Part shown: piece by piece, positions 62,945 to 64,000 of the stretch | Layout of the letters: every line of letters begins with the position of its first letter | How positions within the stretch are numbered: position 1 is the stretch's first letter | Assembly: GCA_965603825.1 (NCBI GenBank) | Contig: CBFDEM010000014.1 | Span: 743,157 to 807,156 of the forward strand | DNA: 64,000 nucleotides | DNA from: Blepharisma stoltei ATCC 30299 | Lineage: Eukaryota; Protista; Ciliophora | Direction: 5' to 3' | The notes under the pieces: generated by a model | What the model saw: the letters and a program-made list of their open reading frames with translations, nothing else | Database searches by the model: none | What the model was told of the DNA's origin: nothing | Position numbers and translations under genes: made by a program

Positions 62945-64000
62945 AGGGTGTTAGGGTGTTAGGGTGTTAGGGTGTTAGGGTGTTAGGGTGTTAGGGTGTT
63001 AGGGTGTTAGGGTGTTAGGGTGTTAGGGTGTTAGGGTGTTAGGGTGTTAGGGTGTTAGGGTGTTAGGGTGTTAGGGTGTTAGGGTGTTAGGGTGTTAGGG
63101 TGTTAGGGTGTTAGGGTGTTAGGGTGTTAGGGTGTTAGGGTGTTAGGGTGTTAGGGTGTTAGGGTGTTAGGGTGTTAGGGTGTTAGGGTGTTAGGGTGTT
63201 AGGGTGTTAGGGTGTTAGGGTGTTAGGGTGTTAGGGGTGTTAGGGTGTTAGGGGTTAGGGTGTTAGGGTGTTAGGGTGTTAGGGTTGTTAGGGTGTTAGG
63301 GTGTTAGGGTGTTAGGGTGTTAGGGTGTTAGGGTGTTAGGGGTGTTAGGGTGTTAGGGTGTTAGGGTGTTAGGGTGTTAGGGTGTTAGGGTGTTAGGGTG
63401 TTAGGGTGTTAGGGTGTTAGGGTGTTAGGGTGTTAGGTGTTAGGGTGTTAGGGTGTTAGGGTGTTAGGGTGTTAGGGTGTTAGGGTGTTAGGGTGTTAGG
63501 GTGTTAGGGTGTTAGGGTGTTAGGGTGTTAGGGTGTTAGGGTGTTAGGGTGTTAGGGTGTTAGGGTGTTAGGGTGTTAGGGTGTTAGGGTGTTAGGGTGT
63601 TAGGGTGTTAGGGTGTTAGGGTGTTAGGGTGTTAGGGTGTTAGGGTGTTAGGGTGTTAGGGTGTTAGGGTGTTAGGGTGTTAGGGTGTTAGGGTGTTAGG
63701 GTGTTAGGGTGTTAGGGTGTTAGGGTGTTAGGGTGTTAGGGTGTTAGGGTGTTAGGGTGTTAGGGTGTTAGGGTGGTGTTAGGGTGTTAGGGTGTTAGGG
63801 TGTTAGGGTGTTAGGGTGTTAGGGTGTTAGGGTGTTAGGGTGTTAGGGTGTTAGGGTGTTAGGGTGTTAGGGTGTTAGGGTGTTAGGGTGTTAGGGTGTT
63901 AGGGTGTTAGGTGTTAGGGTGGGTGTTAGGGTGTTAGGGTGTTAGGGTGTTAGGGTGTTAGGGTGTTAGGGGTGTTAGGGTGTTAGGGTGTTAGGGTGTT
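62945..64000 (+). repeat. Telomere (TTAGGGTG)n = (CCCTAACA)n
   Basis: More than 1 kb of near-perfect 8-nt repeat to the window end, G-rich strand 3'; occasional variant units. Confidence 0.99.

Noticed and set aside
62945-64000. Variant telomere units as evidence of an imprecise telomerase; array as CRISPR
   Set aside because: Sporadic indels cannot be separated from low-coverage read errors; there are no spacers, so not CRISPR.

Overview
Eukaryotic, AT-rich, gene-dense chromosome end from a heterotrich ciliate, most likely a Blepharisma macronuclear (somatic) contig. Three signatures support this: (i) TGA is read as Trp while TAA/TAG are stops, so the supplied ORF track fragments many genes; (ii) 15-nt GT..AG spliceosomal introns with A at position 10; (iii) a terminal (TTAGGGTG)n / (CCCTAACA)n telomere from about 62945. 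Re-translation gives roughly 30 genes. These include a SecA-like helicase-vWA fusion, a START protein, PGAP2-like, a 1662-aa Sfi1-like protein, an amino-acid transporter, WS/DGAT, PEX3, NADP-IDH, Myb, zeta-COP, two secreted Cys-cluster paralogues, a Kelch-like protein, DUSP, PKA-R, a cytosolic carboxypeptidase, importin-alpha, MAN1-like, SLC35D-like, an 1814-aa coiled-coil protein, a Trx-like protein and Arf, plus two tandem tRNA-Lys genes. Two fast-evolving islands stand out. The first (1-9.9 kb) holds SecA-vWA and rearranged PP2A-B56 fragments. The second (37.9-43.7 kb) is a birth-and-death array of 7 Cys-less ubiquitin-E2 variant genes. The last gene (Arf) is cut mid-domain at a TTA followed by a poly-C, TIR-like sequence, then about 1.55 kb of non-coding DNA and the telomere. 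This suggests telomere healing inside a germline-limited element. All family assignments are from motif recognition by eye, not database searches.
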